DNA of 64,000 nt from Myxococcota bacterium (GCA_039028615.1 JBCCHT010000021.1:1-64000); one strand, 5' to 3'. Numbered from the stretch's first letter, positions 20,910-31,350 are shown. Made by a program: numbers and translations. The notes: a model not told the origin generated them from the letters alone.

Positions 20910-21821
20910 ATGCTTCTCGAGCACAGAATCCCCCTCAGCTACATCGCAAAGAAGATCCGGCTGGACTTCTTCGTCGTGTTGATGATTTCGATCGCCGGCG
21001 CCGTGCTCGTCGAATACGAGCGGCCCTACCTCCCTGAGCTGCCGGTCACGATCGCTGCCTTCTTGGGCACTGCGATCTCGCTGATTCTGTCGTTCAAGCT
21101 CAACCAGACCTACGACCGCTGGTGGGAGGCGCGCAAAGTCTGGGGGGCCATCGTCAACGACTCCCGCAGCTTCACCCGGCAGCTGCTCTCGTTCACCTCC
21201 AACCACGAGGATCCCGACGGCGCCATCGCCAAGCTCGTGCATCAAAGCGCTCGGCGCCAGATCGCATGGTGCTATTGCGTGGGCCAGAGCCTGCGGGGGC
21301 TCGACTGGCGCACGTTTTCCATCGATCACCTCGAGCCCGACGAGGTCACCGAGATCGAGCGCCACGACAACCCTTCGGTCGCCATCTTGCAGCTGCACGC
21401 TCGCTCGCTCGCGAAGCTCGCCGCGAGTGGTGCGCTGAGCGACTACCAACGCGTCGAGCTCGACAACACCCTGACGCGCCTCACCGACTGGGTCGGCATG
21501 GCCGAACGCATTCGGAACACGGTCTTCCCCAAGACCTACCGCTTGTTCCTCAAGCTGTTCATCTACGTGTTCATCACCGTGCTCTCGATCTCGTTGAGCG
21601 AAGTCGAGGGCTACTGGGAAATCGTCGTCACGACCATCATCTCGACCCCCTTCTTGTTGTTGGAGCGTACCTCCACCCATATGCAGGATCCCTTCGCCAA
21701 CCGCCCCACCGACACACCGGTCACGGCCATCGCCCGGGCGATCGAGATCAACATCCTGCAAATGCTCGGCGAGCAAGAAGTGCCCAAACCCTACCCCGCG
21801 ACGTCCTACTACTTGATGTAA
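20910..21821 (+). CDS. Bestrophin-family anion channel
   Basis: SFKLNQTYDRWWEARKVWGAIVNDSR, ERIRNTVFP, QDPF motifs. Confidence 0.93.
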   Translation: MLLEHRIPLSYIAKKIRLDFFVVLMISIAGAVLVEYERPYLPELPVTIAAFLGTAISLILSFKLNQTYDRWWEARKVWGAIVNDSRSFTRQLLSFTSNHEDPDGAIAKLVHQSARRQIAWCYCVGQSLRGLDWRTFSIDHLEPDEVTEIERHDNPSVAILQLHARSLAKLAASGALSDYQRVELDNTLTRLTDWVGMAERIRNTVFPKTYRLFLKLFIYVFITVLSISLSEVEGYWEIVVTTIISTPFLLLERTSTHMQDPFANRPTDTPVTAIARAIEINILQMLGEQEVPKPYPATSYYLM

Positions 21822-21977
21822 GCAGGGGTCTGGACCCACTCGAGGGCCAGGCTCCGAGTCGGGAATTCGGTTGTTCTCCTCCCCCGGCCCTTCATTTTGG
21901 ACGAGCTGCGGGGGCCCCCTCGATCGAGGGGATTCGGTCGTCGTCGGAGCAGCCTATGCTGACCGATGAGGCCAAAG

Positions 21978-22268
21978 ATGAAGCTCCCCCGACTTGCCGT
22001 TTCCCCCGCTACGACGTCCATGCCTCGTTCCTGGTCCGGGCCGGGCGGCGTGTCGAGAATTCAGCCGTCCGCGGGCTTCGTCGTCGGCCAGCTGGGGGGA
22101 ACTCCGTGTCAGCAAGCGCTCGCTACCGCCGCGACCACTTGCGGGCCCTGGGTCTACGCTTGGGCGACCGGCAACCCCTCTGGAGTCGAGATCGCTACCT
22201 CCGGGGCCGCTTGCCTCGCGTTCCTGACCAACGCCGCCGCGGCGTGTGGCCTGATCTTCAACGGCTAG
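21978..22268 (+). CDS. Small Ala/Gly-rich peptide with twin C-X10-C motifs (bacteriocin/RiPP-precursor-like)
   Basis: GAGG RBS; CQQALATAATTCG and CLAFLTNAAAACG internal repeat. Confidence 0.55.
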   Translation: MKLPRLAVSPATTSMPRSWSGPGGVSRIQPSAGFVVGQLGGTPCQQALATAATTCGPWVYAWATGNPSGVEIATSGAACLAFLTNAAAACGLIFNG

Positions 22269-22558
22269 ACCCGATCCGGCAGCGCACGCGCAGTTCGAGG
22301 GGTCCCGGTCATCTTTCCGGCACGACCTGCGCTCCGTTGTACGCCGAGGGGTGGCCGACGACTTGACGCGTTGGCAGGGAGAAAGAACATCGCAACATCG
22401 GCGTACCGAGGACGCACTCAGCGTGTTCGTCGTTCGTGTCTTCGTCGTGTCTCCCAAGAATCTGACGGCACGTCGGGTCGATTTTTGCGACCCGCATCGT
22501 CAGCGCCCACACGAACGAAATCGTCTCCAACACTGCCTTCGTCGACTACGCTTCGCGC

Positions 22559-24256
22559 ATGACGACTCGACGTAGGTTCCTTCAAGGCCTCGCCACGGTT
22601 GCGGCCTGCGACCCTTCCCGTGACGCCGAGCCGGGGTTCTCGGAGCCGCTCGAAGGGGGCGAGCGGTCGGGGCTCTACCAAGATTCTCGCCCGGACATCC
22701 TGTTCATCTCGATCGACGATCTCAACGACTGGCCCACGCCCTTCGAGGGGCCGAAGCCGACCATCGATCCTCAGGCCGTCTCCACACCCAACATGGACCT
22801 GCTGGCACAGATGGGGACCGTGTTCCAACGTGCCTACTGTGCGGCCCCGATGTGCGGTCCTTCGCGGTCGGCGACGTTGACCGGCCTGCCTCCCCACGTC
22901 TCTGGAGTCACTCAGCAAGAGAACATCATGGTGCCCAAGGCAAAGTTCGGGCCGCTGCTCCAGGCACCCACCACGACGCTGCCGCGCCTACTCAACGAAG
23001 CCGGGTACCGCACTTATGGGGCAGGCAAGGTGTTCCACGGGGGCTTCGGCGGCAGCGATCGCCCCTTCGCCGACTGTGAGGCAGTGCCGGAAGATGCTTC
23101 GTACGACTCGTGTGCCTGGGACCACTATGAGTTCTTGAACAAGTTCGTACCCGAGGGCGCCTGCCTGCCCGACCCCGGTAATGACGACATCTCGGATTCC
23201 TCGCGCCCCTGCTCGGAGCCCTTCGATCCGAGTACCTCCATGCTGCCCGATGCCCGGGTCGCACGCTATGGGATCGAGCGCCTCGAGACCGAGAGCACCG
23301 ACGAACCGATGTTCTTGGCGCTCGGCTTCTTCAAGCCCCACAAGGAATGGGAGGCCCCGCAAGAGTTCTACGATTTGTACGGTGACGACGTCTTGGCCCC
23401 GCTCGATTCCGCGGTGGAAAAGGCCGACCAAGACGATCTGACCTTCACCGGCTGCATCACGATTCGCGACTCGCGGAACTCACCCCCCGATTCGACCTGG
23501 GACACCGCGACACGTACGGCGATACGGGGCTATCTGGCGTGCGTTTCGTATGTGGACGCACTGCTGGGCGCGGTGGTCGATGCTGCGATCGCCCGGCCCC
23601 GCCGCACGATCATCGTGGTGTGGAGCGACCATGGCTACTTCATGGGCGAAAAGCGGGGCTGGAAGAAGCCGAGCCTCTATGAGCGAGCCACTCGAGTCCC
23701 GCTCTTCATCGTCGATACCGACAACCCGGTCCCGCAGTCGACCTACGGCATGGCGAGCCTGATGGACTTGTTCCCCACCGTGCTCGACTATGCCAGCGTG
23801 GCGGACCCCTTGCAGTACGGGGTCAGCCTTCGTCCTTTGGTCGAAGACGCGGCGGGGCCTTGGTACCAGACGAGCGTGGTTTCGACCTTCAACTTTCAGA
23901 CCGATCATCAGCGCCGCGCCGATCTAACCTTCAACGACGACGTGACGCGATGCATGTCGGAGCAGCAGGTGTCCGCCTGCGGGCCCTACATACGTGCCTG
24001 CGGTTCGTACCCCAGCCGCCTTGCCGGAGCGTCGTTTGCTCTGCGAACCGAGCGGCCCGGGGAGCGTTTTCGGTATATCTCCTATTTCCCCGCCCCGGGA
24101 TTCGAGCCGCCCGCGGGCTCTCTGACCACCGAAGAGCTCTACGATCTGGAGGCCGATCCCAACGAGCGAACCAACCTCATCGAAGCCGGCCTGACCCCGG
24201 AGCTCGCGTCGACCTTGGGCAAGCTGCAGAAGGAGCTGGCGGACAAGCTCAGCTAG
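22559..24256 (+). CDS. Formylglycine-dependent sulfatase (iduronate-2-sulfatase-like), Tat/lipoprotein signal
   Basis: TRRRFL Tat motif, VAAC; PDILFISIDDLN, CGPSR (CxPxR), GKVFH, KPH, SDHG, ELYDLEADPNE. Confidence 0.93.
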   Translation: MTTRRRFLQGLATVAACDPSRDAEPGFSEPLEGGERSGLYQDSRPDILFISIDDLNDWPTPFEGPKPTIDPQAVSTPNMDLLAQMGTVFQRAYCAAPMCGPSRSATLTGLPPHVSGVTQQENIMVPKAKFGPLLQAPTTTLPRLLNEAGYRTYGAGKVFHGGFGGSDRPFADCEAVPEDASYDSCAWDHYEFLNKFVPEGACLPDPGNDDISDSSRPCSEPFDPSTSMLPDARVARYGIERLETESTDEPMFLALGFFKPHKEWEAPQEFYDLYGDDVLAPLDSAVEKADQDDLTFTGCITIRDSRNSPPDSTWDTATRTAIRGYLACVSYVDALLGAVVDAAIARPRRTIIVVWSDHGYFMGEKRGWKKPSLYERATRVPLFIVDTDNPVPQSTYGMASLMDLFPTVLDYASVADPLQYGVSLRPLVEDAAGPWYQTSVVSTFNFQTDHQRRADLTFNDDVTRCMSEQQVSACGPYIRACGSYPSRLAGASFALRTERPGERFRYISYFPAPGFEPPAGSLTTEELYDLEADPNERTNLIEAGLTPELASTLGKLQKELADKLS

Positions 24257-24315
24257 GTGACCGGCTCGGTCCGTCGCCAGCGCGCGGACCGAGGCGAGCC
24301 ACGGGGCGTGTCAGT

Positions 24316-25245
24316 TCACAGCGGGGTCTCGGCATCGACGATGGGGATGTGAATCCGGAGCTCGAAGTGTGTCTCGCCGTGCTGGAAGGGCCGGCCATCA
24401 AACGCTTCGAATCCCGGTTGGTGGTCGGGGACGAACCCGCTGCTCGGGAGCCAGGTCGTGTAGAGCCAATCCAGCGCGCGAAGCTCGAGCTCGACGCCGC
24501 CCGCGATGGGCACCTCGGCGACCCGCATCGCCGGGAAGTGGGTCGTCGAGACCTCCGTGCCCACTTCGGTCGTTTCGGGGATCTCGAGCCCGATGTCGTA
24601 TCGACACTTGTCGAGCGGAACGATGTCGGGGTCGTCCCACTGGTAGCCGAGCCACTGCCCCTCGGCGAGGCCGCGGGCCTCGGCCCATGCGACGAGCCGA
24701 GCCACGGCTTGTTTGACGCCATCCCCCTCATAGGGACGGTGGGCGCGGACATACGCGACCCGTCGACGCGCGAGCGGGCGCAACTCGACCTCGAAGCCGT
24801 CCGGGTTTTCGCCTCTAGGAAGCTGGCGCAGTCGGCTGCCGGACTCGGGGGCCTCCAGCGCGCCCAGGCCCTGCTCCCGCCGATGCTTGCGGAACACCTC
24901 GACGTCGAAGGCCCGCGGCGGCACGCCGTATCGGGCGCGAAAGCTCCGCGAGAAGTCGGAACTCGACGAAAACCCCGTGGCCAGCGCAACTTCGGTGAGG
25001 GGGCGCGTGGGCTGGTGCGTCAACAAGGAGACCGCTCGCTCGAGCCGCACCCGCTTGACGAAGTTGGCCAAGGTCTCGCCCATCAGGGCGCGAAAGATGC
25101 GGTGGAAGTGATGCGGGGAGAACCCGGCGACCCGAGCAACGTCGTCCAGCTTCAGGGAGGAGGCGAGGTTGCCCGTGACGTGATCGATCGCGCGATTGAT
25201 CCGCTGCTCGTAGGTGCGATTCGCAAGATTTGGCAAGCGGGGCAC
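24316..25245 (-). CDS. AraC-family regulator with C-terminal GyrI-like domain
   Basis: FSPHHFHRIFRAL, GFSSSSDFSRSF; DDPDIVPLDKCRYD, WLPSSG GyrI motifs. Confidence 0.9.
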   Translation of the reverse strand: MPRLPNLANRTYEQRINRAIDHVTGNLASSLKLDDVARVAGFSPHHFHRIFRALMGETLANFVKRVRLERAVSLLTHQPTRPLTEVALATGFSSSSDFSRSFRARYGVPPRAFDVEVFRKHRREQGLGALEAPESGSRLRQLPRGENPDGFEVELRPLARRRVAYVRAHRPYEGDGVKQAVARLVAWAEARGLAEGQWLGYQWDDPDIVPLDKCRYDIGLEIPETTEVGTEVSTTHFPAMRVAEVPIAGGVELELRALDWLYTTWLPSSGFVPDHQPGFEAFDGRPFQHGETHFELRIHIPIVDAETPL

Positions 25246-25274
25246 GGTGCTCCAAGCATATCGTCGAGCCACCG

Positions 25275-25661
25275 ATGCCTACGCCAGTTTCTTCCCTCGG
25301 TGCCTTCTCCGTCAGCCTCTCCGTCTCCGACTTGGCGGTCTCCAAAGCGTTCTACGCAAAACTCGGCTTCGAGACCGTCGCCGACTTCGGAGGAGACAAC
25401 TGGGCCATCATCCGCAACGGCACCATCACGATCGGGCTCTTCCAAGGGATGTTCGAGGGCAACATGCTGACGTTCAACCCGGGGTGGGATGCCGCCTGCA
25501 AGCCACTCGAGGAGTTCACTGACGTGCGCGCGCTCCAGGCCCAGCTCGAGGCCGGAGGTGTCACCCCAAAGAGCAAGGCCGACCCCTCGACGACCGGTCC
25601 CGCGAGCATGGTCGTCATCGATCCCGACGGGAATCCGATCTTGATCGACCAGCACGTCTGA
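25275..25661 (+). CDS. VOC/glyoxalase family protein
   Basis: LGAFSVSLSVSDL..SKAFYAKLGF, IGLFQGMFE..LTFNPGWD, DPDGNPILIDQH. Confidence 0.9.
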   Translation: MPTPVSSLGAFSVSLSVSDLAVSKAFYAKLGFETVADFGGDNWAIIRNGTITIGLFQGMFEGNMLTFNPGWDAACKPLEEFTDVRALQAQLEAGGVTPKSKADPSTTGPASMVVIDPDGNPILIDQHV

Positions 25662-25780
25662 GCCACGCAGGGGCTCTGGGGACGACAGAGCGCGATCAGG
25701 GGCAACGGTCAGTGGGCTGACGTCGATCTCGTCGGTGACGTGATCGTCGGCGCCTCGGCGGGCACTACCGGGGCGAAGCC

Positions 25781-26908
25781 ATGCCCGATACCCATGCCGG
25801 CCGTTCCGAGCCCCCCGCGGCACTCACGCAGGCGCTGGCCCTGGCGACCCGGCCCGTGGCCGAGCACCTGGGCCGATCGCATCCCGTGGTACGGGGGTTG
25901 GCGCTCGACGAACCGCCGCCGGAGCGGCGGATCCCCGTCGCCTTGCTGGACGTGCTGTGGGATGCGGTGGTCCAGCGTGATGGGGCGGCGGCCGTCCTGG
26001 CGTTGGGTGAGGGGGTGCGCGCATCGAGCTTCGGCTTGCTGACGTACCTGCTCGGCTGCGCGCCTTCGGGCACCCATGCCGTCCGCCGCTTGGCGGCCGC
26101 CTTCGGCCCGCTCCTGAGCGAGGGCACCGAGTATCGCGTGGCGGTCGACCGTCGACACGTGGAGGTCGTGGTTCGCCTCAACGGTGGGGCACGGTCCACG
26201 GGCGCGGCCCTGTTCGCGATGGCCTCGGTGGTGGGTTTCGTGGCGGGCGAGGTCGAGGGCGCGCCTCGGCCCCAGACCACGTGGGTCGACGCTCCCGTGC
26301 CTGCGCCCGGCGAGACCGAGGCCTTCGCTCGGTTCTTTCGCGGACCGGTTCACTATGCCGCCGGAACGTCCCGCCTGGTCTACGCGCGCGCCGACCTCGA
26401 GCGTCGGCTGCGGGGCAGCGATCCTGCGCTGGCGGAGCTGCTCGAGGAGGCCGCACGCCGGCGTTGCTCCGCCCCGCGACCGACGGTCGAGGCCGTCGAA
26501 GCAGCGTTGCTCGCCGCCGGCCCCGAAGCGTTGGGCAGTCAGGCCTCGGTTGCCGCCACGTTGGGGTGGAGCCCCCGAAGCCTGCGCCGCCGTCTCGCGG
26601 ACGAGGGCGCACGCTTCCAAGACGTCGTGGACGGGATGCGTCGTCGCTGGGCCGAGGCCTGGCTGTCCAGACCCGACACCTCGGTGAAGGAACTGGCCGC
26701 ACGCCTGGGCTACGCCGACGCGGCCGCCTTCCGTCGAGCATTCCGCCGATGGACGGGTACCAGCCCCTCGACGTGGGGGGCCGCACTTCGTCGCGCTCAC
26801 GCCCCCGGCGCGACCGCGGTCAGCAAGAGCGCGACGTCCTCGACGTCCTCGTCGTCCACGTCGATGGCTACGCAGCTGAGGATCCCATCGCCCGCCACGT
26901 CGGCGTAG
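25781..26908 (+). CDS. AraC-family regulator (OruR-like, N-terminal ligand-binding domain)
   Basis: SPRSLRRRLADEG, ELAARLGYADAAAFRRAFRRWTG; 3' end overlaps the convergent gene by 112 nt. Confidence 0.85.
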   Translation: MPDTHAGRSEPPAALTQALALATRPVAEHLGRSHPVVRGLALDEPPPERRIPVALLDVLWDAVVQRDGAAAVLALGEGVRASSFGLLTYLLGCAPSGTHAVRRLAAAFGPLLSEGTEYRVAVDRRHVEVVVRLNGGARSTGAALFAMASVVGFVAGEVEGAPRPQTTWVDAPVPAPGETEAFARFFRGPVHYAAGTSRLVYARADLERRLRGSDPALAELLEEAARRRCSAPRPTVEAVEAALLAAGPEALGSQASVAATLGWSPRSLRRRLADEGARFQDVVDGMRRRWAEAWLSRPDTSVKELAARLGYADAAAFRRAFRRWTGTSPSTWGAALRRAHAPGATAVSKSATSSTSSSSTSMATQLRIPSPATSA

Positions 26909-27294
26909 ACCAGATCCCCCGGCCCGGGGATGGGCATCATGGGATCGGCATCGAGGTCGTCATCGAGGAACAAGGCGAGGTGCACCTGCCCCGGGGGAAG
27001 ATCGGGGATCTCGAACTCGACGATCGACTCGGCGGAGGACAGGTCGGCATTGGGCACCGAGGTGGCGCCGGCCAAGGGAGCCCCCAGCTCGCACGCAGAC
27101 AGGGCAGCGATCCACACCGTGCCCACGCCGTCGCCGCTGGGCACGGCCGCCTCCGCGCGTCCGACCGTCCCGAGGATCGAGAAGGACTGCAAGACGCCCC
27201 CATCCTCGCTGGTGTCGTCGTCCATCGGACAGCCGGCGGCGAAGGGCAAGAGCAGCAACAGGGTGGTCGGTCGGAGGTTGGGAATGAAGGTCAT
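26797..27294 (-). CDS. Acidic lipoprotein, hypothetical
   Basis: LLLLLPFAAGC lipobox; ALFLDDD..A...P.PGD motif. Confidence 0.7.
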   Translation of the reverse strand: MTFIPNLRPTTLLLLLPFAAGCPMDDDTSEDGGVLQSFSILGTVGRAEAAVPSGDGVGTVWIAALSACELGAPLAGATSVPNADLSSAESIVEFEIPDLPPGQVHLALFLDDDLDADPMMPIPGPGDLVYADVAGDGILSCVAIDVDDEDVEDVALLLTAVAPGA

Positions 27295-27468
27295 GCCCAA
27301 GGGATAGCCAGCCTGGACGAGGGCGAGCAGGACCGAAGTGGCCAGTGTGGCGGCCTCTTCGGTCCCCCCCTGCCAACCTGTTCGAAACTCGGCCGGTTGT
27401 AGGAGGTTCTCGTCCGAGTCGTGGCGAAGCCCGAGGGCTGTGCGCGTGGTCGGGAGGCCTCGTGGTCG

Positions 27469-28404
27469 TCAGTCACGACGACTGCGTGCGGGCGAGCGAC
27501 GTCCGGGCGTGGATCGAGCTCGGTCCGCCGCCGTGCTCATCCGGCCCCGCGACGCGCCCAGGTCCTCGAGCAACGCATCCACGACGGCCGATACGCGTCG
27601 GACCCCACGCAGGTCTGGATGCATGAGGAGCCACAGGTCGACGCCGAGCTCGTCGATCGGCTCGGTGACTGCCACGAGCGCCGGGTTTCGGTCGGCCGCC
27701 GTCGGGCAGAGAATGCCGACGCCACAGCCCGCGACGATGGCTCGCTCCATCGCGCGGTAGCTGTCCACCCGCATCGCGCAGCGGCTCGACGGGTAGTGCT
27801 CGTCGACCCACCGTTCGTGGGATGTCCGCTGCCACGGATCCTGCCAACGAATCCAGGGCTGCTTGTCCAGGGGCACGGGGCCGCTGTGCTTCGTGTGCGC
27901 TCGGGAGGCGTAGACCGCCCCACGGATGCGGAGCAACCGACGTCCCACCAGATCTCCCGGAGGCGAGTCGGACAAGCGCAGCGCCAGATCGGCGTCACGC
28001 CTCGAGAGGTCTTCATAACGCGAGGTGACCGAGACCTCGAGCTCGAGTGCCTCGAACTTGGACGAGACGCGGGTCAATGCGTCGGCCGCCAGCTCGAGCC
28101 CCAGATCCGTCATCGTGAGCCGAACCTTGCCGGCGACTTGCTGACCCGATCCCTCGACGCGCTGCGTCGCCGCTGCCAGCTCCCTTTCGATGGACTCTGC
28201 CGCCGAGAGAAGAACGCTCCCTGCGGCCGTGGCCCGGTATCCGTCGGGTGTCCGCTGAACCAGCACCGTACCCAACCGAGCCTCGAGTGCCTTGATGCGT
28301 CGGGAGACCGTCGCGTGGTTGAGACTCAACGCGGCTGCAGCAGAGCGGACGGTGCCGTACCGCAGCAGCACGAGTAGAATCCGAACGTCGTCCCATTGGT
28401 CCAT
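27469..28404 (-). CDS. LysR-family regulator
   Basis: WDDVRILL...GTVRSAAAALSLNHATVSRRIKALE; DLSRRDADLALR; LWLLMHPDL. Confidence 0.92.
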   Translation of the reverse strand: MDQWDDVRILLVLLRYGTVRSAAAALSLNHATVSRRIKALEARLGTVLVQRTPDGYRATAAGSVLLSAAESIERELAAATQRVEGSGQQVAGKVRLTMTDLGLELAADALTRVSSKFEALELEVSVTSRYEDLSRRDADLALRLSDSPPGDLVGRRLLRIRGAVYASRAHTKHSGPVPLDKQPWIRWQDPWQRTSHERWVDEHYPSSRCAMRVDSYRAMERAIVAGCGVGILCPTAADRNPALVAVTEPIDELGVDLWLLMHPDLRGVRRVSAVVDALLEDLGASRGRMSTAADRARSTPGRRSPARSRRD

Positions 28405-28421
28405 TGCGGGTGCGTTCCGCA

Positions 28422-28468
28422 TGGTGCACTGGTGCACCAGCGTGTGGCTCCCGTGCATATTGCTGCAC
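28422..28468. promoter_or_regulatory. Putative LysR operator in divergent intergenic region
   Basis: Dyads TGGTGCAC..GTGCACCA (28422-28439) and GTGCA-N6-TGCAC (28453-28468). Confidence 0.5.
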
Positions 28469-28494
28469 CAGGATGCCCGTCGCAACCTGAGCGC

Positions 28495-29034
28495 ATGACG
28501 GACCCGATACTCACCGGCCGCTACCGAATTTCCTCTCGTGTCGACGTGAATGCCAGTCCACAGGCAGTCTGGGAGGTTTTGGCCGATTTCTCCGCTGTCG
28601 ACACTTGGGCACCGCAGGTGCTCAGCTCGCACGCGCTCACCGATCACGATCGCGGTCATGGCGCCGGTCGCTCCTGTCGAATCGAGGGCTTCGGCGAGAT
28701 CGACGAGTTCATCGTCGACTGGAAAGAGGGCCGCTCGCTGGCGTTTTCGATCTCGCCGGTCGGTCCGTTCTCGGGATCCACGGCGCGGTGGAGCGTCATC
28801 CCCAACGCCGACGGCACCTGTGCGGTCGAGGTGGAGCTCGCATACAGCCTGCGGTTCGGGCCGCTCGGTCAGCTGCTCCACGCGCTCGTGATGCGGGGGC
28901 GGCTCGAAGCCAACTTCCCCAACGGGCCGCTCGCGCTCAAGCAGCGGGTCGAGACCGGGCAGAGCGTTCGCGTTCGCCGAGCACCGGTCGGCACGCCTCA
29001 ACGCACCATGGTCGACTCGCCGAATGCCGCCTAG
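28495..29034 (+). CDS. SRPBCC/polyketide cyclase-like protein
   Basis: VNASPQAVWEVLADF...W.PQV...GAGRSC; divergent from LysR. Confidence 0.88.
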   Translation: MTDPILTGRYRISSRVDVNASPQAVWEVLADFSAVDTWAPQVLSSHALTDHDRGHGAGRSCRIEGFGEIDEFIVDWKEGRSLAFSISPVGPFSGSTARWSVIPNADGTCAVEVELAYSLRFGPLGQLLHALVMRGRLEANFPNGPLALKQRVETGQSVRVRRAPVGTPQRTMVDSPNAA

Positions 29035-29165
29035 TGTCGCCGTGAGCGAGTTGGCTTCGCGGACGGTTGGGCGCGTTTTCGTCGGGTGACCAGCTCTCGA
29101 GCCGATTGAATTCCAATGACCGAACCGTGATCCGGCGGGAGTCGGCGGACGTCGGATCAGTCGAC

Positions 29166-30047
29166 ATGAAAAACACGATTGCCCTCTCGCTCCTGTCCCT
29201 CGCTCTCGTTGCGTGCGACTCCGCCGAGGACCCCGCGTTCCCGGAGCCCGATCGCGTCGAGAACTCGACGGAGCTCGAGGAGTCCACCGAAGACTTCGAC
29301 TTGCGTGACGACGGGATGGAACCGGTCGATGCGGTCGAGGTGACGCAGGTCGAGATCGCCCGCATCGAGCTCGATTCCGCCGAAGTCGCGTTCCTCGTCG
29401 ATGTCGATGGCCCCGCCGCCGGCCAACTGACGATGACCGAGACCGCCTGGCCCGATGAACACGGCATGGTGACGAGCAGGGTGGGGGAGCTCTCTCCGCT
29501 TCAGGCGTTTCTCGCGTTGACCGACGAAGGCGTCCCGGTCCCGGTTGCTCTCATCGAGGGTGAAGACGACGAGGCGACCCTCGTTGCCGCCGAGGGGCGA
29601 GAGCACACCGACCGCCTGGACGACCCCATCTCCGCCCGTCCGGGTGACCTGCTCGAGAGCGCGCCGGAGTCGTGGTCGGCCGCGTTCATGTGCAGCGAAG
29701 GCACGACGTCGCAGCAGTTCCTCGACGAGATCTGCTCGATGGACTCCTGGTGGAACCGACGGTTCTGCCACAACGGGACCTGGTTTTCCGTCACCGACAC
29801 TAGCGGCACGCTCAATGTCGACTGGGCTCGTAGTCGGACCCTGGCGTGCAACGCCAACGGTCGCGTGCGGCACTACTACCGGGTCGGCGGGATCTTCTAC
29901 AAAGGGAAAGACGAGACGTTGGCACCGGGCTTCCTCCACACGCATACGACGAAGGGAGGCTCTGCGCTTCGCCGGAAGATCACCCACAGTCGGACGGCTT
30001 CGGGCTTCGTGCGGGGCTACTCGACGTTCCGCCGGTTCCCGTTCTAG
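29166..30047 (+). CDS. Lipoprotein, hypothetical
   Basis: MKNTIALSLLSLALVAC lipobox; acidic N-terminal half, basic Cys-containing C-terminal domain. Confidence 0.75.
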   Translation: MKNTIALSLLSLALVACDSAEDPAFPEPDRVENSTELEESTEDFDLRDDGMEPVDAVEVTQVEIARIELDSAEVAFLVDVDGPAAGQLTMTETAWPDEHGMVTSRVGELSPLQAFLALTDEGVPVPVALIEGEDDEATLVAAEGREHTDRLDDPISARPGDLLESAPESWSAAFMCSEGTTSQQFLDEICSMDSWWNRRFCHNGTWFSVTDTSGTLNVDWARSRTLACNANGRVRHYYRVGGIFYKGKDETLAPGFLHTHTTKGGSALRRKITHSRTASGFVRGYSTFRRFPF

Positions 30048-30130
30048 TCGGAGCCATTGCGGCGCGGGCTCGACCCCGCGCCGCGCCGATTCGTTGGAAC
30101 AAAGACCTGCGCCGAGACGTAGGGCTCGCC

Positions 30131-31234
30131 ATGCCGCAGCGGCATACCCTACGCTTCGGTCTCGTTGCCCTTGGCCTGGCAGCCGCGTGCGCGGCCCCGC
30201 CGCGGCACAGCGTCCCGGTCGATGAAGAGGTCGTCGAACGGGTCGACGTCGGGAACGTGGAGCGGGAGGCGCTCGCCGTTCCCACCCCACCGACGCGAGC
30301 AGTGGCGCCTTCGGAGGCGCCCGCCGGGCGCGAGGACGCTTCGCCGTTGCCGTTCGTGCTCGATCGCATCGAAGCGATCGACGGGGTCGCCATGAGCCGC
30401 GTTCGACTGACGACCGGCCAGATCGTGCAGGTGAACCACGGCTGCAACGAGTGGGCGGGCTACACGGAGGGGATGCTCATCGAGGCTGATGGCAGTCGCG
30501 TCGTTCGTTTCGTGGGAGGTCCGTTCTTCGAGATCCCTGGGTTCTTGATCGTCGAGGAGCAGCTCCAGATCGGGGCGGACGGCGGCGAGCCCTGGACCAA
30601 CGACACCCCCGCCCGGGGGGTGATCGAGGGGCTCAACGGTGCCGTGTGGGTGACGAGAGTGGTGGCGATCGATCTCGAACGCGGGGTGGTGCACGACGAG
30701 GCGGGCTGGGACAGCTTCAGGCCGATCGCGGAGCTGGACGAGCGCGGCACGCCGACGGGGACCGTGTTCTTCGCGAGCGAGGGGGAGTCGGTTGCCTATG
30801 ACGACCCGGCCGTGCGTATCGGGAAGACGGTACGTCGGTGGAACGTTGCCCGTCATCGTATTCGCTCGATCGCAACGCTGAAGGGGCCGTTCGCGGTGCA
30901 GGCCAACCCAGGGAGAACCCTCTTCAGTCTTGGCGCCGGGGAGCTGGTGGAGGTCCGGCGAGACGGCAAACCGCGGAGGCTCTCATCGGCCATCGGGTCT
31001 ACGCTCGCGCCGAGTGGGCTCGGTTTCCCCAGTGGGAACGTCGGAGAGCCGCCGCCGAGAGAGTGGGCGACGCCGGAGGGGCGCCCGATCGTGGTGGAAC
31101 GAGCAGGACGACGGGAAGTGCCGATGGTCGGGGCATGCGGCGTGGATACCGTGCTCGAGATCGGCGACGCGCTGTTGCTCGATGATGGCCTGTACCGGCG
31201 ACCGCCGGAGCTCGACTGGCCCATCGTTCGGTAG
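30131..31234 (+). CDS. Lipoprotein, hypothetical
   Basis: LVALGLAAAC lipobox after ATG 30131. Confidence 0.65.
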   Translation: MPQRHTLRFGLVALGLAAACAAPPRHSVPVDEEVVERVDVGNVEREALAVPTPPTRAVAPSEAPAGREDASPLPFVLDRIEAIDGVAMSRVRLTTGQIVQVNHGCNEWAGYTEGMLIEADGSRVVRFVGGPFFEIPGFLIVEEQLQIGADGGEPWTNDTPARGVIEGLNGAVWVTRVVAIDLERGVVHDEAGWDSFRPIAELDERGTPTGTVFFASEGESVAYDDPAVRIGKTVRRWNVARHRIRSIATLKGPFAVQANPGRTLFSLGAGELVEVRRDGKPRRLSSAIGSTLAPSGLGFPSGNVGEPPPREWATPEGRPIVVERAGRREVPMVGACGVDTVLEIGDALLLDDGLYRRPPELDWPIVR

Positions 31235-31259
31235 ACGGTGTCGCCGCAGGAGAATTCGA

Positions 31260-31350
31260 CCGCGGCGGTCATGACTCCCAAGGACGCCGTCGCAGCGGGC
31301 AGCACTGCCCGCACTCTTCCGCCGACATCACCCGCGACCGCGCAAACCTT
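31260..31350 (-). pseudogene. LysR gene fragment, diverged copy of ~32455-32543
   Basis: RAVLPAATASLGVMTAAVE vs RAVLPTVTASLGVMTAAAE in the LysR at 31891-32793; similarity also visible at DNA level. Confidence 0.7.
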
